From: an uncultured cyanobacterium
GTDB lineage: Bacteria > Cyanobacteriota > Cyanobacteriia > PCC-9006 > JAAUQQ01
Assembly (NCBI GenBank): GCA_963718615.1
Contig: OY970368.1
Coordinates: 5,888,001 to 5,952,000, forward strand
Reading direction: 5' to 3'
Length of the DNA stretch: 64,000 nt
Shown here: positions 1 through 9,657 of the stretch, in pieces
Layout of the letters: each line of letters starts with the position of its first letter
How positions within the stretch are numbered: the first letter of the stretch is position 1
Notes under the pieces: generated by a model
Seen by the model: the letters and a program-made list of their open reading frames with translations, nothing else
Database searches by the model: none
Told to the model about the DNA's origin: nothing
Translations under genes and position numbers: made by a program

Positions 1-1
1 G

Positions 2-589
2 AACCAAGGACTGATGCAGATCGACCTCAACCTTGAGCTGCGGGTGGAAAAAGCTCTCCTCCCAACCATAGGACTCCTTACGGGAGTAGCCTTGAGATAA
101 GAGAAACTCACCAGCCTGCCTAAAGTCCTCAGGCTTAACCAGTAGATCCAGATCCGTAAACTTTCTTAGGCCTAGATCCTGATAGGCAAGTTGAGCAAGG
201 GTAGGACCTTTATAAGGAATCGCAATAAGGTTCCTTTGCCCCATACCCTCCAAGAGTCGAGCCAATTCTCGGGTCAGAAAAACCGTTCGCATTCGATTGG
301 CCAGAAAACTAGTCTGTAAAGTTCTAGAAACGGATGATGGCAACACATGCGGATAAAAGACCCTGAGATTATGACTCACTAACGCCGTTACACCCTGTTG
401 AAGTGCCAAATGTAAGAAAGCTTGCCAATCGAGATCACGAAACAACTCAGGTTCTAGCTCTTGGGCTGGGGCAACCGAGAACGTACTCAAGGATAGCCGA
501 AAGAGAAGTTGCCATTCCTGGCTTAGGTGAGGATTCTGCTGGAATGGATTGTAGGGAGTTGGGCGATCGCCTGACCCAGTCGTTTTCAT
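2..589 (-). CDS. Nucleotidyltransferase family protein (NTP_transf_5-like), 3'-partial at window edge; absent from ORF track
   Basis: Manual translation from ATG at 589: MKTTGSGDR...LDWQAFLHLALQQGV...IPYKGPTLAQLAYQDLGLRKFTDLDLLVKPEDF...VEVDLH; contains the KG..LA..Y...R...DxD motif; no stop before base 1. Confidence 0.85.
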   Translation of the reverse strand, partial: MKTTGSGDRPTPYNPFQQNPHLSQEWQLLFRLSLSTFSVAPAQELEPELFRDLDWQAFLHLALQQGVTALVSHNLRVFYPHVLPSSVSRTLQTSFLANRMRTVFLTRELARLLEGMGQRNLIAIPYKGPTLAQLAYQDLGLRKFTDLDLLVKPEDFRQAGEFLLSQGYSRKESYGWEESFFHPQLKVEVDLHQSLV

Positions 590-669
590 ATTAAAAATTC
601 AATATTATTGACGTCAATCTTTGAACGATTAAATACCATCGACGCAAAATCTCCCTAGACAGCCTCCTT

Positions 670-1833
670 TTAAGCTGAGTATGGATTTCCCCAATTATTT
701 CGAAGCCTACGCCAAAAATGCCCAAGCTGACGCTGTAGGCCATAGGGCACAACCGTAAAGATAGATTTAATTTGCCAGCTATCCCGAAGAAACTGTAAGA
801 ATGCTAACCAAGATTCATTCTGTTCTAAGACCGAGGCTTGCCGCTGATATTGAACATATCGACGCACAATTCGAGCCATAAGATGATAATTCTGATTCAC
901 GACAAACATTGTCTCCCATTGCTCAAGTCTTGTAGGAACTGCGGATTCAACTAAATTCGACCATTTTGTACAATCTGGTAGAGAAATTTCTAACTGGCGT
1001 AGATCAGAAAAGAGTAATTGTAGAGGCGCTAAAAGCTTATACTGGATTGCAGACTTCAGCAAATCTTGCCCATCGACTTCACTGGCTTGTAATAGCGCAA
1101 TAAGTTCTACAAAATCTAACAGTAAAGATTCCCGGTTATCGACCATAGCCACAACTCGATACAAAATCTGATCCGTCAGAGACCAAGTTCGGCTGCTGAC
1201 TTCGCCCATGTTTCCATCTAAATCATAGGCAATCGAACGCTCCCAAAGCTTCTGCACAATCGCGGGAGAAGGACTCCAATGACTCAACTGACGATACAAC
1301 AATAACGGTGGATAGGTATCATGGATAAACCAGAGACACCCTGCCCACCGTAGTGTCTCTAGGGGATTTAAGGAATTGCTCTTCCATCCCAACTGCTGTA
1401 ATTGGGTTGCGATCGCCGTACAGTGTTCGAGGTGAATTTGGAACCGTAGATCCCTGATCGGAGCAAGACCCTTATCATAGGGGTTTTCAGCTTGCCATAA
1501 GCCTCGGTTGAGCCAAACAATCGGAACTTTAGACTCATGACAAAATTGAAACAGAGATCTTAACGCTAACAGAATCGTCTGGTTTTTACACCAGGAAAGT
1601 CGTTGTACTCCCTTAATTCGAGGTAGAAGAGGGGTTTGAATCCCTGAGGCTATGAGTTTTCTATGAATGTTTGGAAGGAGCTGATAGGTTTGTCCATCCA
1701 GATCTTCAAAGTCAATTTTATTTAACCATTTTTTCCATAAAATATCTGCCGAGACATCAGATGAATAAAGAAACTTTAATAGATATTGATGTTCTAAATT
1801 CAAGTTCTTCAACAAAGACTGCATGATAGCCAT
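670..1833 (-). CDS. Nucleotidyltransferase-like protein (NTP_transf_5-like), degenerate active site
   Basis: N-terminal W..W...IDFEDLD...YQLLP...RIKG..R.SW.KN pattern typical of this family; KG and DxD motifs replaced by WLNRG / IRDLR. Confidence 0.6.
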   Translation of the reverse strand: MAIMQSLLKNLNLEHQYLLKFLYSSDVSADILWKKWLNKIDFEDLDGQTYQLLPNIHRKLIASGIQTPLLPRIKGVQRLSWCKNQTILLALRSLFQFCHESKVPIVWLNRGLWQAENPYDKGLAPIRDLRFQIHLEHCTAIATQLQQLGWKSNSLNPLETLRWAGCLWFIHDTYPPLLLYRQLSHWSPSPAIVQKLWERSIAYDLDGNMGEVSSRTWSLTDQILYRVVAMVDNRESLLLDFVELIALLQASEVDGQDLLKSAIQYKLLAPLQLLFSDLRQLEISLPDCTKWSNLVESAVPTRLEQWETMFVVNQNYHLMARIVRRYVQYQRQASVLEQNESWLAFLQFLRDSWQIKSIFTVVPYGLQRQLGHFWRRLRNNWGNPYSA

Positions 1834-1905
1834 GATGGATAGAAGTTTACAAATGCTAGAAGTTTAATGATGCGGGACTAAAGCCCCTACAGAATAGGAA
1901 GATCG

Positions 1906-3615
1906 TTAAGCAGATAGACTATCGGGTGAAGTGGATGCTTGAGGAGAGAAGGCTGAATAGGGGAGGAGTTGGCGATCGCGCAACTCATAAATCTCGTCTG
2001 CCTCTTCAAGTACTTCTGGATTATGGCTAATTATTAAGATTGCAGGCATATTTTCCAACTGTCTCAGATTCTTTAGAAGGGTTTTGATGGCTTGAATATC
2101 AAGATGATTGGTCGGTTCGTCTAGGAGTAGTAGCTTGGGCTGAGTGATTAGGGCGCGGGCGATCGCCAATCTCTGACGCTGCCCTCCCGAGAGTCGCACA
2201 CCCCGTTCTCCAACTAACGTCTCATAACCTAGCTCCAAACCACAAATAAACTCATGGGCCATTGCAAGCTTACAAATCTGAACGAGCCGCTCATCATCAA
2301 TCCCAGAAACACCATAAAGAATATTTTCCCGAACCGAACCCTCAAAAATAGAACCATCCTGCATAACAACTCCAATCTGTTTGCGAAAATGTCTAATATC
2401 GAGAACTTGATAGGGATAGCCATCGGCCCAAAGACTGCCGCAAGTCGGCTCATGGAATCCAATTATTAGCGAGAGCAACGTACTCTTGCCTATGCCATTC
2501 GGGCCAATAATCACAATCACTCTGCCTGGCCAAGTCACTAGATTAACATGATGGAACAATGCTGCACTCGATTGACTAGAATAGGAGAATTCTACATCTC
2601 TCAATTCTATATGACCTGTAAAATCAATCTGTGTTTTTCCCTTATAAGGCGTGAAAGAGACTTCCGAAAACATTACCTCATAGAGCTTTAAGAGTGACTC
2701 ATGACCTTCAAGAATATCAGGTAAAAGCTGGAGAACTCGGAACGCATGTTCTTTTGCCAACCAAGCTGTACCCAAAAAGGCCAAGGTCTCTCCAGGCGTT
2801 GTTTGCCCCTGACTCAACAGAAAGCTGCTCGTTACCAAGACAAGCATGATTAATGTCGTCATCATCAGGTTATTCACTTGACCGTGAAATGCACCCAGCC
2901 AAACAAAATTCAAGTGGGTAACGTGTTCTTGTCGGACAAGCTGCATTTGTCGGGAAATTTCTTCTTCTTCTGCTCCGCGTAAGCGAGTCAGATCGATTTG
3001 TTGAAAAACGAAACGAGATCCTCGAGCATAGTCTTCACAAGCGCGATGATATCGACTAATTCGCCCTTGAATACGTTTCCCAATCCAGAAGTTTACACCA
3101 TAGACTAAGGGAATTAGAATAAAGGCTAACAAAGATAGAATTAAATTTAGTTTAACGAGAATGCCAACAAAAATAATCGTTATCAGAAAAGAGGGAATGA
3201 CCTGAGAGATCAGGTTAATCATCATGACATCTAATCGACGAGTATCTTGGTTGATGATAGTATGGAGTCGATTTTGATCGGCTTGGCTATAATAAGTTTT
3301 TGAAAAGCTATATAATCGCCTTAGTAGAGCTATCCAAAACTTTCGAATTGCGGTCTTACCAATTTTCAGCATATTGTAGCGGCTCCAAAGAATCGCCACG
3401 CTATTAAGCAGATAGAGAAGCATAATGCTGCCGGTTGCTAGCCCTAGTTGTTTATAATTCTGGCTAGGCAAAACTGAATCAGCAACGTACTTCATGATTA
3501 GTGGAATCGGAAGTAGGATTAAAACCTGAAAAACTGATATCAGAATAGAGAAGGCTAGCCAAACATAATGACCTCGATAAAACTGGAGATAGTACAGCCA
3601 TGGATTTGATTTCAT
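1906..3615 (-). CDS. ABC exporter, fused TM + ATPase domains (no C39 peptidase domain)
   Basis: N-terminal TM segments; Walker A GPNGIGKST, signature LSGGQRQR, Walker B LLLLDE. Confidence 0.95.
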   Translation of the reverse strand: MKSNPWLYYLQFYRGHYVWLAFSILISVFQVLILLPIPLIMKYVADSVLPSQNYKQLGLATGSIMLLYLLNSVAILWSRYNMLKIGKTAIRKFWIALLRRLYSFSKTYYSQADQNRLHTIINQDTRRLDVMMINLISQVIPSFLITIIFVGILVKLNLILSLLAFILIPLVYGVNFWIGKRIQGRISRYHRACEDYARGSRFVFQQIDLTRLRGAEEEEISRQMQLVRQEHVTHLNFVWLGAFHGQVNNLMMTTLIMLVLVTSSFLLSQGQTTPGETLAFLGTAWLAKEHAFRVLQLLPDILEGHESLLKLYEVMFSEVSFTPYKGKTQIDFTGHIELRDVEFSYSSQSSAALFHHVNLVTWPGRVIVIIGPNGIGKSTLLSLIIGFHEPTCGSLWADGYPYQVLDIRHFRKQIGVVMQDGSIFEGSVRENILYGVSGIDDERLVQICKLAMAHEFICGLELGYETLVGERGVRLSGGQRQRLAIARALITQPKLLLLDEPTNHLDIQAIKTLLKNLRQLENMPAILIISHNPEVLEEADEIYELRDRQLLPYSAFSPQASTSPDSLSA

Positions 3616-3619
3616 AAAG

Positions 3620-4501
3620 CTATCTGTTATGAATGGGAACAGTTCTATGCATTAACGACAATCCTGAGTCAATCTTTAGAACCGTTCCTGTCGTATATTG
3701 TGAAAAATAGTTTGATGCTAAATAAATGGCTGCACGTGCTATATATTGAGGAGGAATTTTTGTCCCATAAAGTTGACCTTTATGATCAGGTATTGGAGTA
3801 TTATTGTCATCCAGACCTATCCAACCAGGTGCAATACCATTAACTCGAATATTCATCGGTGCTAGTTCAACCGCAAGTTCTTGGATAATCATACCGATCG
3901 CAGCCTTAGAAGAGCTATAACAGGCATAGCCTAAAGGGATCCATTGGTGGATAGAAGACAGAAAAATCATGTTGCCCATGATCTGCTTTTGTATCATTTC
4001 TTGAGCCAATAGATGTGTCAGGTATACAGGGCCAAGAATATTAGTCTGATATGTTGTCTGCCACTCAGCAAGAGCAAATTTTTTGATGGAGCTGGGTAAG
4101 GTAATGCCTACATTATTGATTAACACATCAATAGTGACATCTATTTCCGTTAAGCCTTGAAAGACTTGATCAATTTGTGCGAAGTTTGTAATGTCACAGA
4201 CAAATCCTTGACAGAAGCCTCCTATCGCTTTTAAGTCTTGCTCAAGCTTTTGCTTAAGCTCTTGGTCGATTTCGATAAAATAGATATTGGCTCCTTGTTG
4301 TATGCATTCGAGGGCGATCGCCCTACCAATATTACGTCCAGCTCCCGTAATCAAAACATTTTTTCCCTTCAATAAACTTCCCATGGCTACGAGCTGAATA
4401 TCTGGCGGATATTGAATGGAGCAAACGTTTGTTTGACTTTGAGATTCTGGCGGTGACATAAAAGCGTGAACAGCAGCTCTAATTCTAGGAAATGTAAACA
4501 T
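3620..4501 (-). CDS. SDR family oxidoreductase
   Basis: TGAGRNIG NAD(P)-binding motif, NNVG, YSSSK catalytic motif, IRVNGIAPG. Confidence 0.9.
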   Translation of the reverse strand: MFTFPRIRAAVHAFMSPPESQSQTNVCSIQYPPDIQLVAMGSLLKGKNVLITGAGRNIGRAIALECIQQGANIYFIEIDQELKQKLEQDLKAIGGFCQGFVCDITNFAQIDQVFQGLTEIDVTIDVLINNVGITLPSSIKKFALAEWQTTYQTNILGPVYLTHLLAQEMIQKQIMGNMIFLSSIHQWIPLGYACYSSSKAAIGMIIQELAVELAPMNIRVNGIAPGWIGLDDNNTPIPDHKGQLYGTKIPPQYIARAAIYLASNYFSQYTTGTVLKIDSGLSLMHRTVPIHNR

Positions 4502-4546
4502 AATTGATTTCCCTATCTTCTATTTCCTATTCTCTTTTATACATTT

Positions 4547-7027
4547 TCAACTTACATCATGTTTTGACAAAACTTTCCGAATTAACCCCAAGTAGCTCTC
4601 TATCATCTGCTTCTCTCGAAAGACGGTCTCTGCTCTTTGCTTACAAGCCGCTCCAAGCTGCGGCAGCAGCTCTGGCCGATTGGCCCAACTTGCTAGGGTG
4701 TCTGCTAATGCTCTAACTGTCGCTTCAGAATCAACCGCCGGGTCCGGTAGTAAGACTCCAGTATTTCCTAACTCTTCAGGGATTCCGCTGACGGCAGAGG
4801 CAATCACAGGCACTCCTTTAGCCATGGCTTCCATAATTGCAAGGGGCATGCCTTCAAATTGAGAAGGTAAAATAAAGATATCTGCCGCATCTAGTAAATC
4901 GGGTATATCGTTACGCTCACCGAGAAATTGGATGCGATTTTGGAATCCTAAATCCCTGACTAGTTTTGTGAGACGGGCATCATCGTTGCCAGTACCTGCC
5001 CACAAAAAGTGCAGATAATTAAAGACTGCATGCTCCTGTAACTGCTGAAGTGCTTTTAGTTGATATTGATAGCCTTTACAAGGATCTAATCGAGCAGTTG
5101 TAAGACAGGCTATTGCATCGTGAGGCACATTCAAGCTTTCACGAATTCTCTTACGATTTTGCTTGTCTTTTTGTTCAAAATAAATATTAGGCCTACCGTT
5201 ATAGATAACTTGTCCAAAATTCTGATTTAGAGCGAATTTTTGATGCAACAAATCAAGATTTTCCTGAGAAACTGTAACAATAGCTTCTGCATGCTTATGA
5301 ATTTTAGAGATTCGTTCGATATAAGGACTTAATAGATCAGCCCAAGTCCTTGTTACACAGTGAATGACTACAATAAAAGGGATTTTTAAATCTCGTGCAA
5401 CTTCCATCGCCGTTAAATTGGATGAAGGTTCCCCATTAGAAAAAACTATTAGTTCTGGCCTGATCTTTTGAAAAATTTTGAAGGACTCAGACCAATCGCA
5501 AAGCTCACGATCCGTAGTGATTGTGAGATATTGACCGGGCTTGAGCCAATGGTGATAGATCCCTAGTTGCTCTCGTTCCAGAAAAAGAGAATCATCTAAC
5601 TGAGGCTGCACACAAGAAATCTGAAAATTCTCTTCGGACAATGCTAAAAGTAGACGATGATTCCACTGCCCAACACCATAGATCCCCGTCCGATTACTAT
5701 AGAGTAAAATGTTTCTGGCCGTAGAAGATTTTTCTCCTTTCAATGATTCACTAGAACAGCTAGGTTTAATAACACCTAGGTTTACAAGCTGCTGACTATT
5801 TTTAAAACAAATAGAGATTTCCTGGTCATAAAGGCTGAGATTATGACATTCACGAAGTTTTTTAGCGTATTGTTTATATTGAAATGCTCCTTCATGATGT
5901 TCCTGTCTAAGAACTTCGCGTTCAACATAATCAATAAAGTTTCTAATATATTTAAAATGCAATACTGCTCCAGTTTCAGTTGAAATTTGATCTTCAAATG
6001 TCCCGATAAAATGTTGACCACCACTCAATAACATAGAAGAATGGTACTTGATGAGCGGAATTTTATTGAGATAATAATCACCCTCCTCTCCAAATACTCT
6101 TGCTCGCATTCCTCCTGTATAGCGTATTTGACCTGTATAGGGAGGCTGGGTTTCAGTAATTTTTCTATGGAAAGGCACTTTATCAAAATAGGGACAAACA
6201 TCTAAAAAGTCCTGACCTGCTTGATAGGTTGTTTCCTGGATTGGGCGATCGCTATACATATCCAACAAAATAGCAGGAAAAGCTCGCTTGTATTGACGAT
6301 CTAAATCTGCACAAAGATCTTTGATGCTACGTGTTTCACAATCGGGATAGATAAGTACTTCATCGGCATCAATCGTAAGACACCAGTGGTCAATTCCATA
6401 TTTCTGAAGTAAAAGTTCAAACCAAGCAGAACCGAAGTTGACCTGGTTAAATGAATAATTGCTGTTCCAAACCATTACATCAGCTTGGGTTTGTAAATAA
6501 GAGCCGGTCTCATCACTTGAGTTGTTGTTGACAATCAGAAACCGATCTACACCCTTTTGACGATAGTATTGAAGCAGATAAGGTAGCCGAAGACTTTCAT
6601 TTCGCACTACAATACAGCACAAAATATCATCCTGTTTAATCTCTAGGGCTTCCCCACTCATTCGTCGTAAGTCGTAGTGCTCAAATGCAGCCTCAAATCC
6701 CTTGACCTTAATCAGCAGATGACTCAGTTGCTTATGAAATTGCTCAACATTAGAATAATAAGATAATGCCTGACTATAATGTTGAATTGCCTCTTCCAGG
6801 CATCCTTGCTTTATGAGTAAAGGTCCACAGCGTGCGTATGCTTCCAGGCAGTTAGGTTGGAGTTGAATAACCTGACGATAGCCCGTGATCGCTTGTTCAA
6901 TGCGCCCAGTCAAACTCCAGGCATGAGACAACTTCAATCGAGCCTGAGCCTGCTCGGTGAGCTCTTGTTCTCCAAACGTCTTCCCACAAAGCTTTTGGAT
7001 ATCGTCAAATGAATCTAGCATGGCCAT
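4547..7027 (-). CDS. TPR + GT2-like (Glyco_tranf_2_4 type) + GT4 multidomain glycosyltransferase
   Basis: N-terminal TPR (EQAITGYRQVIQLQPN); VRNE..RLPYLLQYYRQKGVDRF, WCLTIDADE and LHFKY; C-terminal GT-B motif FILPSQFEGMPLAIMEAMAKG. Confidence 0.85.
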   Translation of the reverse strand: MAMLDSFDDIQKLCGKTFGEQELTEQAQARLKLSHAWSLTGRIEQAITGYRQVIQLQPNCLEAYARCGPLLIKQGCLEEAIQHYSQALSYYSNVEQFHKQLSHLLIKVKGFEAAFEHYDLRRMSGEALEIKQDDILCCIVVRNESLRLPYLLQYYRQKGVDRFLIVNNNSSDETGSYLQTQADVMVWNSNYSFNQVNFGSAWFELLLQKYGIDHWCLTIDADEVLIYPDCETRSIKDLCADLDRQYKRAFPAILLDMYSDRPIQETTYQAGQDFLDVCPYFDKVPFHRKITETQPPYTGQIRYTGGMRARVFGEEGDYYLNKIPLIKYHSSMLLSGGQHFIGTFEDQISTETGAVLHFKYIRNFIDYVEREVLRQEHHEGAFQYKQYAKKLRECHNLSLYDQEISICFKNSQQLVNLGVIKPSCSSESLKGEKSSTARNILLYSNRTGIYGVGQWNHRLLLALSEENFQISCVQPQLDDSLFLEREQLGIYHHWLKPGQYLTITTDRELCDWSESFKIFQKIRPELIVFSNGEPSSNLTAMEVARDLKIPFIVVIHCVTRTWADLLSPYIERISKIHKHAEAIVTVSQENLDLLHQKFALNQNFGQVIYNGRPNIYFEQKDKQNRKRIRESLNVPHDAIACLTTARLDPCKGYQYQLKALQQLQEHAVFNYLHFLWAGTGNDDARLTKLVRDLGFQNRIQFLGERNDIPDLLDAADIFILPSQFEGMPLAIMEAMAKGVPVIASAVSGIPEELGNTGVLLPDPAVDSEATVRALADTLASWANRPELLPQLGAACKQRAETVFREKQMIESYLGLIRKVLSKHDVS

Positions 7028-7030
7028 AAC

Positions 7031-7750
7031 TTACTGCTCCGGTAAGGTATTGCTTGAGGACATTCTATCTCCTGCACGACGGCGATCGAGCGAAGCCTTA
7101 ATTGCATGCAGGTATTGATTGCGATCCTCCCGATTGGTTAGGCCTACATTCGTTTTATGTAATCGCCGCTTTGCTAGGACATCAGGTAATGTCAAGCTTT
7201 TTAAGCTTGCATCCTGAGCACGAATTAACCACTCTACAAATTCCCCCGCTGTCAAACACTCGTTAAAATTTCCAACGGTTTGAAAGACCGAGTGACGAGC
7301 CATCATGGTTGTAGCATTATGGCCTACTACTGGAGATGGCGGACAATAGAGGCGAGTCTTTGCTTCCGGTTCTAAGTCTGGACTTACAAAACACTGAAGA
7401 TGGGTGAAAATCAGATCCGTAGAGGGCTGATCAAGAATGGCTTGCACTTGCCGTTCTATTTTAGTCGGCATCCACAGGTCATCTGCATCTAAAAAGGCTA
7501 TCCAGTTGCCACTGGCCCTTGCAAGTCCAAGATTGCGAGATGCAGGTGCACCTTGGTGAGAATTTTGAATTGGAGTAACTTGGGGGAATTGGCTGGCGAT
7601 CGCCAAACTCCTATCCGTAGAACCATCGTCTACCACAAGAATCTCATGCACAGGAAAACTTTGAGCCAAGACGCTTTCAATCGTCTGTCCTAGATAGCGT
7701 TCTCCGTTATAAACAGGAATAATGGCACTAATGGAGAGTTTGTTGTTCAT
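7031..7750 (-). CDS. Glycosyltransferase family 2
   Basis: ISAIIPVYNGE, VDDGSTD, FLDADD. Confidence 0.93.
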   Translation of the reverse strand: MNNKLSISAIIPVYNGERYLGQTIESVLAQSFPVHEILVVDDGSTDRSLAIASQFPQVTPIQNSHQGAPASRNLGLARASGNWIAFLDADDLWMPTKIERQVQAILDQPSTDLIFTHLQCFVSPDLEPEAKTRLYCPPSPVVGHNATTMMARHSVFQTVGNFNECLTAGEFVEWLIRAQDASLKSLTLPDVLAKRRLHKTNVGLTNREDRNQYLHAIKASLDRRRAGDRMSSSNTLPEQ

Positions 7751-7777
7751 TTTTCTCGAGCAACCAAGGAAACATAA

Positions 7778-8557
7778 TCAATTTATCAATTCACTACCAT
7801 GTCCAACATATGCCGAAACACTTGGAAAGTTAGGAGGTGGGGGAACCTGAAGCGTAGCATCCTGTCGTATTCGATTGAGACGACGCTTATAAATTTGAAC
7901 AGTGCCTAACTCGATTTGATTTTTGTTGCGAGTCATATTCGCTTCATGTCGTTGATAATGCAGGACTACATCCTCTATCTCAAGCTTCCATACTCTCTTT
8001 TCCCAAGCCCTCAAAAACCAGTCAATATCTTCTCCATACAGCAACGTCGAATCAAATAAACCAACCCGCTCGAACACGGATTTGCGATAGAGTGAGCTAC
8101 CTATGTTAACAAATCTATAAGTTTCTGAAGAAAACGCTCTATTTTCTGCTTCTTGATTGAGAGATTCGGTTGATCTGGCCTTCCAAACTTTCTGAAGTAT
8201 CAGTCCTTGAATAATATCAAACGATGGGTTTTGCTGTAAGCAAAGTGCCATCTTTGTGAGAATTTTATCTCCCCACAGATCATCAACATCAAGAAAAGCA
8301 ATCAAGTCTCCACTGGCAACTTGAATGCCATGATTTCTAGCAGCCGCAGGTCCTTGATTTTCCTGATATAAATATTTAATTTCATCTTGAAGGCTGAGTG
8401 CAATGTTCTCAGTGGAGTCAGTCGAACCATCATTCACAACGATAATCTCCAAAGGAGAATACCTCTGAGCTTGAATATTCTGAATGGTACCTCGCAGAAA
8501 TTTCTCGCCGTTATAAACTGGAAGCACAACGCTAATTAGGGGTAGAGGCACAGTCAT
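7778..8557 (-). CDS. Glycosyltransferase family 2
   Basis: ISVVLPVYNGE, VNDGSTD, FLDVDD, GEDIDW. Confidence 0.93.
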   Translation of the reverse strand: MTVPLPLISVVLPVYNGEKFLRGTIQNIQAQRYSPLEIIVVNDGSTDSTENIALSLQDEIKYLYQENQGPAAARNHGIQVASGDLIAFLDVDDLWGDKILTKMALCLQQNPSFDIIQGLILQKVWKARSTESLNQEAENRAFSSETYRFVNIGSSLYRKSVFERVGLFDSTLLYGEDIDWFLRAWEKRVWKLEIEDVVLHYQRHEANMTRNKNQIELGTVQIYKRRLNRIRQDATLQVPPPPNFPSVSAYVGHGSELIN

Positions 8558-8559
8558 TT

Positions 8560-9657
8560 TTATTGCCTCTCTAGAAGGAATCTTTTGATCAACTGGTGTA
8601 TTGCTTGGCTGTCTGTTCCAACATTCAGATAGAAACAGGGCAACTGAGACAATGTTTGTGTAATTAAGTCACAGGCGGCTTTACCGGCCCCCCCTAACTG
8701 CATAATGGTACTGGGTATCAATGCCACAAGACTCTCCTCTAGCGTGGCCTGAGTCATGGTAGTATTCAGTTTTCCGGTCACTCGCGGAATGAAAATAGCG
8801 TGAATTGGAGCAGATTTTAGAAGTTTTTCTGGCATCCACTCATGAATAAAATAAACGGCCTTCTCTTTATCTAGTTGTTCTGGATTGCTAATGTAGGGCT
8901 TCAGAAAGGGTAAGCGATCGAGATCGTTTGCGTTCTTTTTGCCCGTATTATAAATACTAAATACAGTTGGCTTAGGTTCTGCTGTGATCAAACAATAGTC
9001 ATCGCTGACATACCTCAAGTCCGAATTCAAACTGGATAATGCCGTCGTTGACTTTCCCGATCCCCCTTTTCCAACTAACAGTATACAGCCCTCAGGATAT
9101 CCAATTGATGCTGCATGCACTAGCTGAATCTTTTGCGCACTTAACCATACATTCAAAATACTTTGAAAAGGTGCCCCCCTTTCCCAATAGGGAATTAAAG
9201 TATGATCTTCAACCCAATACAGCGCAAGATTCTGTTGTTTATCTACAATTACAAGCGCGTTTGATTCCCATTGCCGAGCCGTGTAAATACGTTCATTGAC
9301 AAAACCACGGACCTCACCTCGCTTCTGATATTGGTACTCTTCCCAGACTGGTGCAGGTCGGGAGATGCCAGTTTCTTGGCTGCTGATGAGGCAAATGGTG
9401 AGGTCAGGAGTTTCAGCCGGTGAGACCTCTAGATGGGCGATCGCCCGCGTTAACAAATTAATCAGCGCTTCCCCGGTAAAGCGTAAACAAACAATAAAAT
9501 TAGCAATTTGAAAGTACCGAACTGTTAAGTTTTGACTTTCTAGTTCTGCCTTCTGATAGGTTTGATAAACCTGCTCAAAATATTCGATTGAGCGCGATTG
9601 CTGCAACTCTGCGCTGCTTTCCAATAGTGAGCTAGTCATTGAGTCTTGAGGGATCAA
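8560..9657 (-). CDS. HPr kinase-like P-loop Ser/Thr kinase
   Basis: HAASI...ILLVGKGGSGKSTT...YVSDD, the His / Walker A / DD signature of the HPrK catalytic domain. Confidence 0.8.
   Translation of the reverse strand: MIPQDSMTSSLLESSAELQQSRSIEYFEQVYQTYQKAELESQNLTVRYFQIANFIVCLRFTGEALINLLTRAIAHLEVSPAETPDLTICLISSQETGISRPAPVWEEYQYQKRGEVRGFVNERIYTARQWESNALVIVDKQQNLALYWVEDHTLIPYWERGAPFQSILNVWLSAQKIQLVHAASIGYPEGCILLVGKGGSGKSTTALSSLNSDLRYVSDDYCLITAEPKPTVFSIYNTGKKNANDLDRLPFLKPYISNPEQLDKEKAVYFIHEWMPEKLLKSAPIHAIFIPRVTGKLNTTMTQATLEESLVALIPSTIMQLGGAGKAACDLITQTLSQLPCFYLNVGTDSQAIHQLIKRFLLERQ

Noticed and set aside
403-594. 63-aa plus-strand ORF
   Set aside because: Antisense to the motif-bearing nucleotidyltransferase at 2-589
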